Part shown: positions 1-9,917 of the stretch, in pieces | How positions within the stretch are numbered: position 1 is the stretch's first letter | Layout: each line of letters starts with the position of its first letter | Source: Myxococcales bacterium | GTDB taxonomy: Bacteria > Myxococcota_A > Polyangia > Polyangiales > DASUME01 | Length of the DNA stretch: 64,000 nt | Assembly (NCBI GenBank): GCA_047601445.1 | Contig: JASGJH010000001.1 | Location: 6,464,001-6,528,000 of the forward strand | Reading direction: 5' to 3' | Notes under the pieces: model-generated | Told to the model about the DNA's origin: nothing | The model's input: only the letters and a program-made list of their open reading frames with translations | Database searches by the model: none | Made by a program: the position numbers and the translations under genes

Positions 1-432
1 CCATTTTTGCGCCGCAGGAAACACACCGGACGATTCCGGCCTGGTTCTCGAAGCCGCACATCGGGCAGGTGAGCGTATCCGCCATCGAGCTTTCCTCTCC
101 CCCGTATCCGCAAGATTTAGCGCGGATAGCCAGTTTGTCTCCGTCCAGACAAAGGCGCCTCGATTGTCGCAAGACTGTACGCAAAAAGGCAACCTTGCGC
201 CGCGACCGGCCCCGAGACGCGCAGACCGCGCGTGTCCACGCCCTGTCCAGCCGGGGCCCACGACGCCCCGTTCCCCGTGAGCTAGCGCAGGTTCGTCATC
301 TTTCCCACAGCTAACTAAGGCAGGTCGTTCACACGGGACGCGTAGTCAGCTCAAAAGGCCTTCTTTGTCCTCAATCCCGGGCTGCTTTGGTATTTCTCGT
401 GCGCTTAATTGCGTTAGGATCGTAAGCCGGCC

Positions 433-1998
433 GTGAAAAGTAACGCAGTACCGCCAGCAGGGGCACCTAAAGGACCGCAAGAGGCGGCTCCCCCGCCAAG
501 TCCGATTGGGCACCCGTCGCGGTCGGCCTGGACCCTCGCTCTGGCCTCCGTGTGTGTCGGAGCCCTGGCGCTGGCGTATGGCGCAGTGGAGTCCGATGAC
601 GCCCTGGTGGCGGGGCTTTCCGCGCTGGCTCTGCTCTCGGTGATCATATCGGTCTACGCCTCGCGGCGTGCTCCCGAGGTGGCCGCGCCGGCCCCCCAAA
701 GGCTGGCAGTGGAGCCAGCGCCGCCGACGATGCAGGCCAATCCCACGCCTTCGAATCGCGGTCATTTGGCCTCGGGTGTGGTCCCCCGGCCCGAGCTCGC
801 GGTCACGCCTGGGGTCCAGACGGAAGAGGGAGCCCAGCACATCCAGCGGCTCGAAGTGGTGGGCAGGTTGGCTGGCGGCATCGCCCACGACTTCAACAAC
901 ACGCTCACCGTCATTCTCTCCTACGGCGAGCTCATGAAGACGCGGCTGGGACCCGAGCATCCGGTCACCGAGCTGGCCAACCACGTCGTCGAGGCGGCGG
1001 AACACGGCGCGGCCCTCACCAAGCAGCTGCTCACGTTTACGCGGCGCCAGGTGGTCAAGCCCCGGGCGGTCGAGGTCCGGCAGTTGCTGGGGTCCACCGA
1101 GCGGGCCCTCGCCCGCGTGATCCCGCGGACGATCCAGGTCCACCGCAGCCAGGGCGAGGACGAGCTCTTCGTGAAGCTCGACGCGCTCCAGCTCCAGCAG
1201 GCCGTGCTCAACCTGGTGCTGAACGCGCGGGACGCCATGCCGTTCGGCGGCGACCTGTACCTGCAGATCGAAGGGGTCGACGTGCCCAATGGCAATCCCC
1301 ATGGCCTCTTGCCTGGGGCCTACGTGGTGCTGCGCGTCCGTGACACGGGCCTCGGCATTGCCCCCGACGTGCTGCCCCATATTTTCGAGCCCTTCTTCAC
1401 CACCAAGGAGCCGGGACGCGGCACGGGTCTCGGGCTCTCCAACGTCCGCGAGATCACCGAGGCCTCGGGCGGCCACGTGACGGTGCAGAGCGAGCTCGGG
1501 CGCGGCTCGGAATTCTCCCTGTATTTTCCGCGTGTCGAGTCGCGTCCCAGCGGCGTTCAGTCGCGGGCGCCCACGGGTCGCAGCCACCGCGCGACCCTGC
1601 TCGTGGTGGACGACGAGCCGCAGATCCGCGAGGTCATCCAGACCATGCTCAGCGAGGGGGGCTTCCTGGTGAAGACCGCCGAGACCGGCAGCGAGGCGCT
1701 CGCCCAGCTCGCCGACGAGCCCGTGGACCTGGTCTGCACCGACCTGGTGATGCCCGACATGACCGGCGCCGCCCTCATCGACGAGGTGCGCAAGGTCCAT
1801 CCGCGCTTGCCGGTGGTGGTGTGCTCCGCTTACGGCAGCGACGCCGACGTCAGCCGGCGCGTGACCAGCGGCGATGCCTGGTTTTTGGCCAAGCCCTTCA
1901 CGCGGACCGATCTGCTGGAGGTGGTGGAACGGGCGTTGGCAGCGCAGCGCAAGCGGGTCACGGGGGAAGGCGGCAGCCCGCTGTCTCAGGGGAACTGA
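433..1998 (+). CDS. Membrane-anchored hybrid sensor histidine kinase/response regulator (HisKA-HATPase-REC)
   Basis: H-box AGGIAHDFNN, N-box NLVLNARDAM, G-boxes DTGLG/FEPFFTTK/GTGLGL, C-terminal receiver (VVDDE, TDLVMP, KPF); two N-terminal hydrophobic segments. Confidence 0.92.
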   Translation: MKSNAVPPAGAPKGPQEAAPPPSPIGHPSRSAWTLALASVCVGALALAYGAVESDDALVAGLSALALLSVIISVYASRRAPEVAAPAPQRLAVEPAPPTMQANPTPSNRGHLASGVVPRPELAVTPGVQTEEGAQHIQRLEVVGRLAGGIAHDFNNTLTVILSYGELMKTRLGPEHPVTELANHVVEAAEHGAALTKQLLTFTRRQVVKPRAVEVRQLLGSTERALARVIPRTIQVHRSQGEDELFVKLDALQLQQAVLNLVLNARDAMPFGGDLYLQIEGVDVPNGNPHGLLPGAYVVLRVRDTGLGIAPDVLPHIFEPFFTTKEPGRGTGLGLSNVREITEASGGHVTVQSELGRGSEFSLYFPRVESRPSGVQSRAPTGRSHRATLLVVDDEPQIREVIQTMLSEGGFLVKTAETGSEALAQLADEPVDLVCTDLVMPDMTGAALIDEVRKVHPRLPVVVCSAYGSDADVSRRVTSGDAWFLAKPFTRTDLLEVVERALAAQRKRVTGEGGSPLSQGN

Positions 1999-2166
1999 GG
2001 GCCTCAGAGCCCGTCTCATGACCTCCTCGGTCGCCCCGCGGGCGGAGCGGGCCTCCGATTTTGCCCCAATTCTGTTGCATTTTCGGGACTGTGCGGACTC
2101 GGTGTCGGGTTGCTCCGAGCGGGTCCCGGCGGTACACACGAGCCCCCTGAAAGAAAGGTGCGGCCC

Positions 2167-4038
2167 GTGGCGCGATTCATCGACGAACTCAAGCGAACTC
2201 ACTCCTGTGGAGGCCTGCGCGGTACCGATGAGGGCCGCGAAGTCGTGCTCTTCGGCTGGGTCCAGAATCGTCGCGACCACGGTGGCTGCATCTTCATCGA
2301 TCTGCGCGACCGCGAGGGCGTGACCCAGCTGGTGTTCGATCCCGGCGTGGGCGACGCGAGCGCCTTCGGCGTGGCGGATCAAGCCCGCTCGGAGTGGGTG
2401 CTCGGTGTGCGCGGCACGGTGCGTTCGCGCGGCGGCAACTCCAACCCGAACCTGCCGACCGGCGCCATCGAAGTGGTGGGCCTCGAGGCCACGGTGTTCA
2501 ACAAGGCGCTCACGCCGCCCTTCGAGATCGCCGACAACATCACCACCAACGAAGAGAAGCGCCTCGAGTATCGCTACCTCGATCTGCGCCGCCCCAAGCT
2601 GCAGAAGAACATCCTCACGCGCTCCAAGCTCAACCAGACCACGCGCGGCTACTTCGGCGACAACAACTTCGTGGAGGTCGAGACGCCCTTCATGGTGAAG
2701 TACACGCCCGGTGGCGCGCGCAACTTCCTGGTGCCGTCGCGCATCCACCACGGCAGCTTCTACGCGCTCGCCGAGAGCCCGCAGCTCTTCAAGCAGCTCC
2801 TGATGGTGGGCGGCTACGACCGCTACTTCCAGATCGTGCGCTGCTTCCGCGACGAGGACCTGCGCCTCGATCGTCAGCCCGAGTTCACCCAGCTAGACGT
2901 CGAGATGAGCTTCATCAACCAGGATGACCTCTTCTCCATCATGGAGGGCTACATCTTCCGCGTCTGGCAGGCCATCCTCGGCATCGACCTCAAGGAGCGC
3001 TACACGAGCGGCACCTTCCCGCGCATGACCTTCGAGGAGAGCATGCGCAAGTACGGCAACGACAAGCCCGACCTGCGCTTCGGCCTCGAACACACGGAGC
3101 TCACCGAGCTCACCGTGGAGCACGACGGTGGCGGCATCGGCATGCTCGAGCCCCTGGCCAAGAAGTTCCGCGCTGGCGAGTACCGCAAGGACCTGCCCGA
3201 AGAGATCGTCAAGGCGCTGGTGGTGCCCGCGGACGCCAACTTCTCGCGTAAGGACCTCGACGACCTGGAGAAGTACGTGAAGTCCATGGGCGCCGGCGGT
3301 CTCGCGCGCGCCAAGGTGGGCGAGGGCGGTAGCTGGGTGCAGAGCCCGCTCTCCAAGACCGTCACCGACGCATTCCGCATCGCCGTCAATCAGGCCACGG
3401 GTGCCCAGGAGGGAGCGCTCATCCTGTTCCAGTTCGGCAAGGCCGAGCTGGTGCACACCGTGATGGCGAACCTGCGTCTCTACATCGCGAAGAAGCTCGG
3501 CTACATCCCCGAGAGCGGCACCAAGGACAACGACTTCAACTTCCTGTGGATCATCGATCCGCCGCTCTTCGAGTACGACGACCAGGCCAAGCGCTGGGCC
3601 GCGGCTCACCACCCCTTTACGCGCCCGCTGGACGCCTGCGTGGACCTCATCGAGAAGGATCCCGGCAAGGTGCTCTGCTACCGCTATGACCTGGTGCTCA
3701 ACGGCTTCGAGATCGGCGGCGGCTCCATCCGCTTGCACGATCCAGACGTGCAGGCCCGGGTGTTCAAGGCGCTCGGCATCGAGGACGAAGTGGCGCGCGA
3801 GAAGTTCGGCTTCTTGTTGGACGCACTCAAGCTCGGCGCACCGCCCCACGGCGGCATCGCGCTCGGCATGGACCGGCTCACCATGCTGCTCACGAACGCG
3901 GAGAGCTTGCGCGACGTGGTCGCTTTCCCGAAGACCCAGCGTGCCAACGACCTGATGACCGGTGCACCCACGCCCGTGAACGTGGACCAGCTACTCGAGC
4001 TCAAGCTGCGCGTGCTGGCGGACGAGAAGAAGGAATAA
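2167..4038 (+). CDS. aspS: Aspartate--tRNA ligase
   Basis: RTHSCG, GWVQNRRDHGG, FIDLRDREG, YRYLDLRR, RCFRDEDLRLDRQPEFTQLD, GAPPHGGIALGMDR; start set at GTG 2167 after AAGGTG (ORF track start 2110). Confidence 0.97.
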   Translation: MARFIDELKRTHSCGGLRGTDEGREVVLFGWVQNRRDHGGCIFIDLRDREGVTQLVFDPGVGDASAFGVADQARSEWVLGVRGTVRSRGGNSNPNLPTGAIEVVGLEATVFNKALTPPFEIADNITTNEEKRLEYRYLDLRRPKLQKNILTRSKLNQTTRGYFGDNNFVEVETPFMVKYTPGGARNFLVPSRIHHGSFYALAESPQLFKQLLMVGGYDRYFQIVRCFRDEDLRLDRQPEFTQLDVEMSFINQDDLFSIMEGYIFRVWQAILGIDLKERYTSGTFPRMTFEESMRKYGNDKPDLRFGLEHTELTELTVEHDGGGIGMLEPLAKKFRAGEYRKDLPEEIVKALVVPADANFSRKDLDDLEKYVKSMGAGGLARAKVGEGGSWVQSPLSKTVTDAFRIAVNQATGAQEGALILFQFGKAELVHTVMANLRLYIAKKLGYIPESGTKDNDFNFLWIIDPPLFEYDDQAKRWAAAHHPFTRPLDACVDLIEKDPGKVLCYRYDLVLNGFEIGGGSIRLHDPDVQARVFKALGIEDEVAREKFGFLLDALKLGAPPHGGIALGMDRLTMLLTNAESLRDVVAFPKTQRANDLMTGAPTPVNVDQLLELKLRVLADEKKE

Positions 4039-4081
4039 GCTGGGCCGCCGCCCGCCGCTTGGATGACCTTTCGAGCGCAGC

Positions 4082-4165
4082 CGTGAGCGCAGCGCACCTC
4101 GCGGTGGGGTGGGTCCCAGCGCGGCTTGGCCGCGGTGGGCGGGTAGGGCGCGTGCCCTCCCCGTC
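4082..4165 (-). repeat. Dispersed palindromic repeat family A, copy 1 (REP-like)
   Basis: Reverse complement matches 32175-32384 and 37183-37265 (GGGGAGG..ACGC..CCTCCCC hairpin plus GGGACCCACCCCACCGCGAGG); lies between convergent aspS and yehS-like genes. Confidence 0.85.
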
Positions 4166-4644
4166 TATTGTCGCTGCCGGCCGGACCGGTGCCAGAGGCC
4201 GAGACCGCGCAGGAAATTGCGCAGGAACTGGTCGCCGCAGGGCTGGAAGTTGCGGTGGTCTTCGCGGCGGAACAACGCGCTGAGCTCGGCCTTGGAGATC
4301 GGCACTTCGGCTTCGTCCATGATGGCGATCATGTCGACGTCCTTGAGCTCGAGGGCGATCTTCAAGCAGCGCAGAACATGGTTGTTGGTGATGCGCGTGG
4401 GCGGCGGCGGCGCGGGCTGTGACGGGTCCCGTGGGCCGCGCTGGCTGATGATGAAGCCATCGAGGAAGCGCGCGAACTTGGCATCCGACAGCGCCGCAAA
4501 GCCGGGCTCGTCTTCGTCCTTGAGGTGCGCCGCGAGGTTCTCGAGCGGCATCGCTTGGCCGGCTTCGGCGAAGAAGCGCGCGAGCGAGCCATTGTCGAGC
4601 TCGAGCGCGTAGCGCAGGGCGCGCAGCACGTCGTTGTTGGTCAT
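4165..4644 (-). CDS. DUF1456 family protein (YehS-like)
   Basis: MTNNDVLRALRYAL, TNNHVLRCLKIALEL, SKAELSALFR, CGDQFLRNFLRGL. Confidence 0.88.
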   Translation of the reverse strand: MTNNDVLRALRYALELDNGSLARFFAEAGQAMPLENLAAHLKDEDEPGFAALSDAKFARFLDGFIISQRGPRDPSQPAPPPPTRITNNHVLRCLKIALELKDVDMIAIMDEAEVPISKAELSALFRREDHRNFQPCGDQFLRNFLRGLGLWHRSGRQRQ

Positions 4645-4659
4645 GGAAAGGTCTACGGC

Positions 4660-5289
4660 TCAGAGTTTGGGGATGCGGAGGGTGCTGATCATCAAGCTGC
4701 CACTGGCCGCGTAGGCGAGCACCAGGGGATGCATGCTCAACGGACCGATTTGCCACACGCCGAGCGGCAAGAGGTCGCCGATCTGCCCGCGCCAGACCAG
4801 CCAAGCGATGACGCCCACGAGGAGCACGCTGGTCGGGATGGGCGTGCCTTCGAAGTACTTCACCTTACCGCTGTCATCGGCGAGATCGGCCGCGGTCACG
4901 TTGAAGCGGGCGAGGCGGCTGATGCCGCAGGCCACGAAGTAGAGCAACACCACCACGTCGAGCGTGTGTCGCATGCCCACGGCAAAGGCGATGGCCGCCG
5001 GGGTCATGCCGAACGAGATCACGTCGGCCAGCGAGTCCAGGTCGGCCCCCAGTGCGGAGCTACGGTGACGCCAGCGCGCCACGCGCCCGTCCGCGAAGTC
5101 GAGGAACAGGGCGATCGGAGACAGCGCCAACGCGGTCCACAGCCAGCGTTGGTTACCCTCGGCGATGTACTGCATGAGGGCCAAGATCGCCCCCGCTCCA
5201 CAGAATCCGTTGCCGAGCGTGAGTACGTCAGCCAGGGCAAACGAACGGATCATGGAAAACGGACGACGGACCTCGGGCGCTTCGCTCAT
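4660..5289 (-). CDS. pssA: CDP-alcohol phosphatidyltransferase (PssA-like, phosphatidylserine synthase type II)
   Basis: DFADGRVAR..S.LGADLDSLADVISFG motif, SRLARFN, FEGTPIP. Confidence 0.85.
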   Translation of the reverse strand: MSEAPEVRRPFSMIRSFALADVLTLGNGFCGAGAILALMQYIAEGNQRWLWTALALSPIALFLDFADGRVARWRHRSSALGADLDSLADVISFGMTPAAIAFAVGMRHTLDVVVLLYFVACGISRLARFNVTAADLADDSGKVKYFEGTPIPTSVLLVGVIAWLVWRGQIGDLLPLGVWQIGPLSMHPLVLAYAASGSLMISTLRIPKL

Positions 5290-5382
5290 GAGTTCTCTGG
5301 ACTCCAGGGCGGAGCTTCAAGGCAGCCCCGGCCGAGCCCAAGCATAGCGCTGGCGCTGCTCGGGCGACCCATGGCTTTTGCT

Positions 5383-5775
5383 TCAAGCCGAGTGAGCCTG
5401 CTTGGGCTCCAGGATGATGTGCCAGGGCGGCAGCGCACGGCACAGGATGGCCACGGCACCGATCTCCCCCGCCTCGCGGTTCATCGGCTGCGCGGTCAAC
5501 GACACGTCCACCCAGCGGCCATCGGTCTTGGGCAGGCTGGTCTGGATGCGCGGGGTGGGGTGGCCCATGAACACCGCATGGAGGAACTCCATGTGGTCTG
5601 GCAGCACGTCCACCACGCGTAGCCCGCGCAGCGTTCCCATGGCGTACCCGAGCATGCGATGCATCGCCGGATTTCCCCAAGTCAGGGTGCCATCCGAGCT
5701 AATCACCATCACTGCGACCGGTTCACGTTCCTGATCGCCCCCCAGCAATCGATTGATAAACCTCTGCCTCGACAT
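5383..5775 (-). CDS. Small PAS-domain protein
   Basis: VISSDGTLTWGNPAMHRMLGY...KTDGRWVDVSLTAQP PAS-fold pattern. Confidence 0.65.
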   Translation of the reverse strand: MSRQRFINRLLGGDQEREPVAVMVISSDGTLTWGNPAMHRMLGYAMGTLRGLRVVDVLPDHMEFLHAVFMGHPTPRIQTSLPKTDGRWVDVSLTAQPMNREAGEIGAVAILCRALPPWHIILEPKQAHSA

Positions 5776-5915
5776 CGCTTCCCCCCTGCGATTCCCCCTA
5801 CGACTGACACCTACATCTACGTGGGTCTGCTGAATCTCCCCCTGCCGCGCGAGCGCAATCGACCCGCATCGCGAGCCAGATCACGAGGCATCGCGAGGAG
5901 ATGCAGGTGGACTTG

Positions 5916-6857
5916 TCAGGCTGGAGGCGGCGCTTGCTCGCTGTGCCTGAGCACGCCTTCATCGCGCGCCGAGGCCGCGGTGAGCTCCGCGCCGAATAGG
6001 AAGAAGATGGCCCCGTAGTAGGCGCTCAGCATGAACACCACCAACGAGCCGGCTGCGCCGAATGCCGAGGCCACCACGCCGGAGTCCAGGTAGACGCCCA
6101 CCACCAAGACACCGAGCGCGAGGAACACGGCCGTGATGAAGCCGCCGCGCAGCGCATGGCGGAAGCCGATGCTCAGATCCGGGAGCACGCGGTAGATGGC
6201 GGAGAGCGCGCAAACCAGGGCGCAAAACGTGAGCCCGGCGTCGGCGGCGTGCCAAATCAGGGGTACGTCGGGCAGACCCAAGTGATGCGCGAGATGGGAG
6301 AGCGCCGTCTTGGTCACCGTGGTGACGGCGAGCAGCGCGCCGAGGCCGAGCACCAAGGCAAACGAGAGCAGGCGCTTCTTGACCATGCGCATCATCTGTT
6401 GGCGCAGGTTCTGGCTATCGCGCGTGCCCACGCGCCACACTCGATTGAGAGCGCTCTGGACCTGGATGAACAGGCGTGAGCTGGCGTAGACGGTGATCAC
6501 TGCGCCGATGATGGCGGCGTGCTTCGAGAGCCCGGTCGCCTCGCTGCGCCCCATCACGTCGCTCACGAACTGCGCCGCGCTGCCGCCAATCAACGGCTTG
6601 AGCTCCGCAACCAGCACACCGTCGAGCGCGCGACCGCCGAGTACTCGGCTCGCCAACGCCAGCGCCACGACCAGCATGGGCGCCAGCGAGAGCACCGCGA
6701 AGAAGGCGATGCCCCCTGCCAGGAGCTCGCCGTCGTCCTCCTGGAACGCCTGGTATGCCCGCACCAACTGGGCGCGAAAGTGCCTCAGCCAGCGGCGCAC
6801 GGCCCGCCATTTCCTGGCGGGGTTCGCAGCGCGCACCGGTTCGGGATACTCGATCAT
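5916..6857 (-). CDS. YihY/virulence factor BrkB family membrane protein
   Basis: AGGIAFFAVLSLAP, ALNRVW, IYRVLPD, FGAAGSLVVFML, FLFGAE. Confidence 0.9.
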   Translation of the reverse strand: MIEYPEPVRAANPARKWRAVRRWLRHFRAQLVRAYQAFQEDDGELLAGGIAFFAVLSLAPMLVVALALASRVLGGRALDGVLVAELKPLIGGSAAQFVSDVMGRSEATGLSKHAAIIGAVITVYASSRLFIQVQSALNRVWRVGTRDSQNLRQQMMRMVKKRLLSFALVLGLGALLAVTTVTKTALSHLAHHLGLPDVPLIWHAADAGLTFCALVCALSAIYRVLPDLSIGFRHALRGGFITAVFLALGVLVVGVYLDSGVVASAFGAAGSLVVFMLSAYYGAIFFLFGAELTAASARDEGVLRHSEQAPPPA

Positions 6858-9080
6858 TCAGAGCTCGTCGGGTCGCTGTTGTCGCGTGGGGCGCGGCGCG
6901 GGTGGACCCGTGAGCACCTGTTTCAGCGCGTGGACCCTCGCCTCGAGCTCTTCGATGCGCTCCCGGGTGCGCTCTTGCTCGGCGTTGGCGCTCTTCAGCT
7001 GATCGCGCAGCTGGCCCACCGAGTTCTCTGCGTCGACTCGCCGCGAGCGTTCGCTGTCGAGGCTGTGTTCGGTGCGCTCCAGGTCCGCCTGCACGTCCGA
7101 GAGGCGCGCAGCGTTCGTCTCGAGGTCGGCCTTGAGCTGCTTCTGTTCTCGCTTGAGCTCGCGCTCCTCGGTCTCGTGCTGGCGCAGTCGCAGTGCCTGG
7201 ATGGACTTTTGATCCACCAGCATCGCCAGGTCGCCCTCGGTCTGCGCGAGGCGCGAGGCCAGCTGCTCGCGCGTCAGGCGGCTGCTCTGGTACTGCTGCT
7301 CGAGGTGCGTCACGTGGGCCTCGAGCTCCTTCCGGCGGGCCTGCTGTTCACTGAGGCTCGCCGAAATGCTCGCGGCGCGTTCGCGTGCTCGGTCGGCGCG
7401 TTCGCGGGCCTGGGCGGCCTCCAGGCGCTGCAGGGCAGCTTCACGCGAGAGCACGTAGACCACGGCGCTGAACAGGGCGAGCACGGCCACCGCAGTGGGG
7501 ATCGCCCAGCGCATCACGGACCAACGCCGCTCCGCCATCTCTTCGGGGCGAGTCAGCACGGCGAGCTCGCGGTAGAGCTCCTCGGAGCTCGGGCGTTGAT
7601 CCGGCGAGAGGTTGAGCCAGCGCTCGAAGTAAGGGCGGAGATCCCGCAGGTCGCCCCGCGAAGGAGCGTTTGGTGTGCGGGTCGCCCGGAAGGCCACGAA
7701 GGCATCTACGGCGCCGCCGGCGACCTCTTCGGTGGTGTCCGGGTCGAGTGCGCGGCGCAGGGTGAGGGCCAGCGAGAACACGTCGGCTTTGGGACCCACG
7801 GGGGCGGGATCGGGCGCGCCTGCGAAGCGGGCGGCGACCTCGGGCGCGAAGTAGGCAGGCGTGCCTGCCAGCACGAGCTCAGCGTCTTTGGCCGCCACAC
7901 CCAGATCGAGCAGCACCGGCAAGATGCGGCGCGGGGACGCCTGGGCGCCGGTCTCGGGATTGATCTGCGCCAGGAAGACGTTCTCGGGCTTCACGTCCTG
8001 ATGGCGCACCCCGGCGCGATGCATCGAGGCCAAGGCTTCCGTGAGCGGCTCGAAGATTTCGCGGGCTTCGCGCCGGCTCAGGGCTCCCCGCGACAGGCGC
8101 GTGGCCAGGGTTTCCCCGCGGTAGAGCGGCATCACGAACCACAGTCGGCCCTCGTGCCAACCGTGATCCTTGAGCTGCACTACCGACGGATGGAACACCG
8201 AGGCGATCAGCTGCAGTTCGCGCAGCGCCGCCTTCACCGAGCGGGTGTCTGCGGAGGCCGTACGCAGGATCTTGAGGGCCACCACGTGGTCGGTCACGTC
8301 CCGGTCGCGGGCCCGGTAGACGTCCGCGAAAGCGCCTGCCCCCAAGAGCGCTTCGATCTCGTAGCGCCCGGCGATCACGGCCCCCTTCTCGAGGACGGGC
8401 TTACGGCGGCTGCGGCGCGGGGCACGCGTACGGCGGGGGTCGAGTGCGAAGGCCTCCAGCAGGGCTCCCTCGAGCGTGCGGTCGCGGCTCTGGGGTCTTC
8501 GGCCCAGCAGGCGCTCGGTGCGGGCGAGGCCGTCGGTGATGCGGCGCTCGACCTCCTCCGAGCTCAGCCCGAGGACATGGGCGAGGTCCGCCACGGTGAG
8601 GCTGCGCGCGTAGCGCAGCTCGAGCACCTCGGCGATCTCGGCGGGTAGGGTGGCCCGTAGCTCGATCAGGCGCGCGCGCAGGCTCTCGTTGGCGGGGGCC
8701 CACCAGGCGTTGGCCCCTGGGTCCATGCTCTTCTTCGGGGCCTCGGACACCAGGCCGCGCATCAGGTGGTAGAGCTGCGCGCGCGGGCTCTGGTGGCGGT
8801 CGGTCTCTTCCTCGGAAGACTCCTCCTCCACGCGCTTCTCGAGCGCTTCGAGCAGCCGCGCCGCCGCCTCGGGTCCCACCCGCACCGCGGCGTACTGGAA
8901 GAGACTCTCCCAGTGGTGATCGAGCGCCCGGCCCGCCACCATGCTCGCGACCGTGCCCGCGATGGCCTGGCTCTCGAGCAGCGAGCGGGCGGCGATGTCC
9001 AGGGTCGGAACCACGCGTAGGCCCGGCCGATCGCCGCGCACTACGGAAGAAGATTCAGACCGGTCGATCCAACTCGTCAC
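6858..9080 (-). CDS. Ser/Thr protein kinase with N-terminal ECF sigma-like region, one TM helix and C-terminal coiled coil
   Basis: Kinase motifs LGAGAFADVY, VALK, HQDVKPEN, DLG, GTPAYFAPE; sigma4-like LPAEIAEVLELRYARSLTVADLAHVLGLSSEEVERRI; TM WAIPTAVAVLALFSAVVYVL. Confidence 0.85.
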   Translation of the reverse strand: MTSWIDRSESSSVVRGDRPGLRVVPTLDIAARSLLESQAIAGTVASMVAGRALDHHWESLFQYAAVRVGPEAAARLLEALEKRVEEESSEEETDRHQSPRAQLYHLMRGLVSEAPKKSMDPGANAWWAPANESLRARLIELRATLPAEIAEVLELRYARSLTVADLAHVLGLSSEEVERRITDGLARTERLLGRRPQSRDRTLEGALLEAFALDPRRTRAPRRSRRKPVLEKGAVIAGRYEIEALLGAGAFADVYRARDRDVTDHVVALKILRTASADTRSVKAALRELQLIASVFHPSVVQLKDHGWHEGRLWFVMPLYRGETLATRLSRGALSRREAREIFEPLTEALASMHRAGVRHQDVKPENVFLAQINPETGAQASPRRILPVLLDLGVAAKDAELVLAGTPAYFAPEVAARFAGAPDPAPVGPKADVFSLALTLRRALDPDTTEEVAGGAVDAFVAFRATRTPNAPSRGDLRDLRPYFERWLNLSPDQRPSSEELYRELAVLTRPEEMAERRWSVMRWAIPTAVAVLALFSAVVYVLSREAALQRLEAAQARERADRARERAASISASLSEQQARRKELEAHVTHLEQQYQSSRLTREQLASRLAQTEGDLAMLVDQKSIQALRLRQHETEERELKREQKQLKADLETNAARLSDVQADLERTEHSLDSERSRRVDAENSVGQLRDQLKSANAEQERTRERIEELEARVHALKQVLTGPPAPRPTRQQRPDEL

Positions 9081-9252
9081 GATCGCACTCGCACAGGGTG
9101 GCGGCAGTTGCTGCCGTGGTGCCTTTCGGCGGTTTCCGTGGGGTTTCTTGGGCTAGCTAGCTCGCTCGCACGCGGATGCGCGAAGAGCCGAGGTGATCGA
9201 CCATCGGGTGGTGCAAGACCGTGCCCAAAATGCGCGCGCAGAGGGGCGCCGA

Positions 9253-9289
9253 TGGTCGAAGCGCGCCCTCGGGCGCGCGAGTGAAGAAC
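9253..9289 (-). repeat. Dispersed repeat family B, copy 1
   Basis: Reverse complement GTTCTTCACTCGCGCGCCCGAGGGCGCGCTTCGACCA; near-identical to 9775-9811 and 18828-18863. Confidence 0.85.
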
Positions 9290-9774
9290 CGATTGTCGCT
9301 GCAGAATGCAGGGGCCGACAATTGCTGACAAATGGATAAGCCCACGTCGTTGCGAAGCTACCACCCGGGCCTCAGGGTGACCACGTGTCGCAGAGCTCCG
9401 AAATAGCCGTGGATTACGTCGGGTTGCCAACCGCAATTCTGACCCATTGTGGCGCCTGGGCCCGGCTCGGTGCCCTGCTTCACAGGTGCACTAGTGTGCC
9501 AGCGCGCGAACTTTGGAATCTGGGTGAAGCAGCCACGACAGCGGCGTCTTTCTCCACTACGCTCGGCGCTCGCTTCAGCGCAGTCGCAGTTTTGCGCGCA
9601 TTAAGCAATGTCTTGCCATGGTACGGGTTCCTGACACAGTGGCCCCACGAGGCGTACGTTTGCGCGAATCCACCCCAGCTCAGCCGCGTACCGAAAAGAA
9701 AGAGCGTGCCTCCGTGCATGTTCGCGCGCCCAGCTGCGTCGGCACGTCGCTCGTGTGCAAAGCCGCCCGCCTCA

Positions 9775-9811
9775 GTTCTTCGTTCGCGCGCCCGAGGGCG
9801 CGCTTCGACCA
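9775..9811 (+). repeat. Dispersed repeat family B, copy 2
   Basis: GTTCTTCGTTCGCGCGCCCGAGGGCGCGCTTCGACCA with internal GCGCGCC-CGAG-GGCGCGC hairpin. Confidence 0.85.
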
Positions 9812-9917
9812 ACCCCGTAGGCGCGCCCCACGCGGCGTTGCACCCATTCTTGCATAGCGGGGAGGTGCTCGAGGGTGGTGACACCCACCCGGCCCCCCTG
9901 ATGAACCGAACCTGGAG

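Noticed and set aside
69..314. 81-aa ORF at window start
   Set aside because: No motif and atypical composition; probably part of a divergent promoter region.
346..2751. Long antisense ORFs (e.g. 346-2751, 6519-8648, 20180-22459, 22647-25022, 29058-30935, 58894-60639)
   Set aside because: Shadow ORFs opposite well-supported genes, expected from high GC3 codon bias; no recognisable motifs.
9213..9228. Sigma54 promoter upstream of the sigma-kinase (TGGGCACGGTCTTGCA, minus strand)
   Set aside because: GGCACG-to-TTGC spacing is one base short of consensus; too uncertain to call.
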